Positions 62,483 to 64,000 of a DNA stretch of 64,000 nucleotides are shown here, one piece after another. The number at the start of each line of letters is the position of its first letter. Position 1 is the first letter of the stretch. This DNA comes from an uncultured Verrucomicrobiae bacterium. Its GTDB lineage: Bacteria; Verrucomicrobiota; Verrucomicrobiia; Chthoniobacterales; UBA10450. The notes beneath the pieces are model-generated. The model was given only the letters and a program-made list of their open reading frames with translations, ran no database searches and was not told the origin of the DNA. The position numbers and the translations under genes are program-made. The stretch spans positions 1,030,784-1,094,783 of the forward strand of contig CAWBFF010000008.1 in NCBI GenBank assembly GCA_963788065.1. The letters run 5' to 3'.

Positions 62483-63256
62483 GTGAAGAAGCTCTCGGCG
62501 GAGGTTCTAGCGGCATCGGATTTTTTCACTCCAACGCATTGGAGCGTGGTCCTGGCGGCGGCTGAGAGTCAGATCGAGCCTGAGAATGCGCGGGCCGCGC
62601 TGGCCCAGCTTTGCCAGACCTATTGGCCACCGCTCTACACCTACGCGCGCGCGGTTGGCCACTCCTGGCACGACGCGGAGGATGTGACGCAAGGCTTCTT
62701 TGCCTATTTCATTGAACACAAAATCTACGCCCGGACCGATCGGCGGAAGGGGAAATTCCGCTCCTTCCTTCTTGCGTCCTTCAAGCATTTCCTGAGCGAT
62801 ATCCGCGACCGCGCGGCCAGACTAAAGCGCGGGGGAGGTCAGTATTTTGTCCCGTTCGAGGAAGCGCGCACCGCGGCGGCCGAATCATTACTTCAAAGTC
62901 AGCGGGCCTGGTGCCCGAACACGCTCCCGGAGGATCGGCTTTATGAACGGAGTTGGGCAGAGACGCTCACCACCACCGTGCTCGCGCGCCTGGCCGCCGC
63001 CTACAAAGCGGAAAGAAAAGAGCAGATCTTCGGAGCGTTGCGGGTGTTCCTTACGGTGGGCGCCGTGGCGCCACCTAGCTACCAGGAACTCGCTGCGCGT
63101 CTGGCCATCGCGGAATCCACCTTGCGCAGTCACGTCGCCCGGCTGCGGGCGCGTTATCGCGAAATGCTGCGGGTGGAAGTGCGGCGGACGGTCGAGAACG
63201 AAGCCGCGGTGGACGCGGAATTGCGCGAGCTGCTACGCGTCTTGCGAGAGGGTTGA
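62483..63256 (+). CDS. ECF-type RNA polymerase sigma factor (Ser/Thr-kinase-associated type)
   Basis: Opens FFTPTHWSVVLAAAE...ALAQLCQTYWPPLYTYARAVGHSWHDAEDVTQGFFAYFIE (region 2), followed by GKFRSFLLASFKHFLSDIRDRAARLKRGGG. Region 4 has SYQELAARLAIAESTLRSHVARLRARYR. GTG 62483 is chosen because the first ~60 codons of the ORF (from 62294) look non-coding and overlap the divergent gene. Confidence 0.8.
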   Translation: MKKLSAEVLAASDFFTPTHWSVVLAAAESQIEPENARAALAQLCQTYWPPLYTYARAVGHSWHDAEDVTQGFFAYFIEHKIYARTDRRKGKFRSFLLASFKHFLSDIRDRAARLKRGGGQYFVPFEEARTAAAESLLQSQRAWCPNTLPEDRLYERSWAETLTTTVLARLAAAYKAERKEQIFGALRVFLTVGAVAPPSYQELAARLAIAESTLRSHVARLRARYREMLRVEVRRTVENEAAVDAELRELLRVLREG

Positions 63257-63262
63257 CTGCTT

Positions 63263-64000
63263 GTGCCCACGCTCGCACCGTCACCGCCAACCGCTGCCTG
63301 TGTGGCGTGCGGGGAGTCGTTAGGCGGGAGGGAAGACTGTCTGGCGTGCCTGTTGCGCGCGGGTCTGGCCGACGCGTCCGAAAGCGCGCCGGGGGAAGAC
63401 GCAATTATCGGCGACTTTGAGATTGAGCGGCGCGAAGATGGTTCGCTGTGGGAATTGGGGCGCGGCGCGATGGGGGTAACCTATCGCGCGCACGATCGCG
63501 TGCTTCATCGTGCGGTCGCGTTGAAGGTGGTGGAAACGCGGACACACCCGAGCGAGCCGGAAGCGGTGCACGAGCGCTTTCTCCGCGAGGCGCGCGCGGC
63601 GGCCGTTTTGCGTCATCCGAACATCGCCAACGTCTTTCGATTCGGCGCCACCCTCGATGGGGCGCGCTGCTATTGCGCGATGGAACTGGTGGAGGGCGAA
63701 ACCCTTGAAGCGCGCGTCCGGCGGGAAGGTCCACTCGCCTTCCCGTGCGTACTCGGGATTGCGGTCCAGACCGCGCGCGCTCTGATCGCCGCGGCGGAGC
63801 GCGGACTCGTCCATCGTGATTTGAAGCCGGGCAATATCATGCTCGCGGATCGAGCTGCCGCCGGCGTGGTCGAGGTGAAGGTGATCGACTTTGGACTCGC
63901 CAAGGCCATCAAAGCCACCGGCGAAATGGAGCTGACACAGGGCGGGTTTGTCGGCACTCCCGCGTTTGCCAGCCCAGAGCAGCTTGCGGGCGGCGTCATC
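63263..64000 (+). CDS. Ser/Thr protein kinase, N-terminal part (continues beyond window)
   Basis: Frame 2 is open from GTG 63263 to the window end. An N-terminal Cys pair-pair (CVACGESLGGREDCLACLL) is followed by kinase subdomains GRGAMGVTYRA, AVALKVV, HRDLKPGNIML, DFGLAK and GTPAFASPEQ. It is absent from the ORF track because no stop lies in the window. Confidence 0.85.
   Translation, partial: MPTLAPSPPTAACVACGESLGGREDCLACLLRAGLADASESAPGEDAIIGDFEIERREDGSLWELGRGAMGVTYRAHDRVLHRAVALKVVETRTHPSEPEAVHERFLREARAAAVLRHPNIANVFRFGATLDGARCYCAMELVEGETLEARVRREGPLAFPCVLGIAVQTARALIAAAERGLVHRDLKPGNIMLADRAAAGVVEVKVIDFGLAKAIKATGEMELTQGGFVGTPAFASPEQLAGGVI

Noticed and set aside
1-64000. Scan for CRISPR arrays, tRNA/rRNA/tmRNA genes, IS elements and prophage genes
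   Set aside because: No spaced identical repeats, no tRNA-like T-arm (GGTTCGAATCC-type) sequences in the intergenic regions, and no transposase/integrase-like ORFs were seen by eye. Intergenic regions are short, with a maximum of about 320 bp. tRNAscan-SE/Infernal/CRISPRCasFinder would be needed to exclude them formally.

Overview
GC-rich bacterial chromosomal segment with about 52 protein-coding genes. Scanning by eye found no rRNA, tRNA, CRISPR array, transposase or integrase. The gene content suggests a PVC-group (Verrucomicrobiota-like) organism, by inference only: an ECF sigma / Ser-Thr kinase pair, a DevBCA-type exporter, a PilD with an insertion, CxxCH secreted proteins and Pro/Ala/Lys-rich linkers. 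All calls rest on motifs read from the ORF translations; no searches were run.

The left half is mostly housekeeping. It holds the rpsT 3' end, pyruvate dehydrogenase E1a/E1b/E2, a dGTPase-like HD protein, a GT2, aroD, a polyprenyl-P sugar transferase, ribE, a TonB-dependent receptor, a Nudix hydrolase, tatC and a prepilin peptidase. It also holds an ATP-grasp/alpha-E pair, nagA, a GT28, yihY, an amidase, glgX, an HPF-CSD fusion and ftsH.

Five regions look accessory:
1. A halogenase-like / LpxL-like acyltransferase / deacetylase / methyltransferase cassette (19.4-25 kb).
2. A TerB-like, beta-module, ABCG-type transporter coupled to a serine hydrolase (35-40 kb).
3. A family-B DNA polymerase with a degenerate ExoI motif, 5 nt upstream of an AspH/LpxO-type oxygenase (42-45 kb).
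4. The main candidate system (44-58 kb). A fully reducing type I PKS (KS-AT-DH-ER-KR-ACP) ends in an acyl-ACP-reductase-like domain. It is translationally coupled to a Rieske oxygenase and divergent from a coupled DevB-DevC-DevC-DevA(cNMP) exporter operon. As sequenced, the PKS is split by two +1 frame breaks.
5. An operon of secreted redox proteins (cupredoxin, CxxCH). Each ends in a tandem pair of an unassigned ~120-aa module that also occurs at 4.5-5.4 kb, and the operon sits next to the ECF sigma/kinase pair (58-64 kb).
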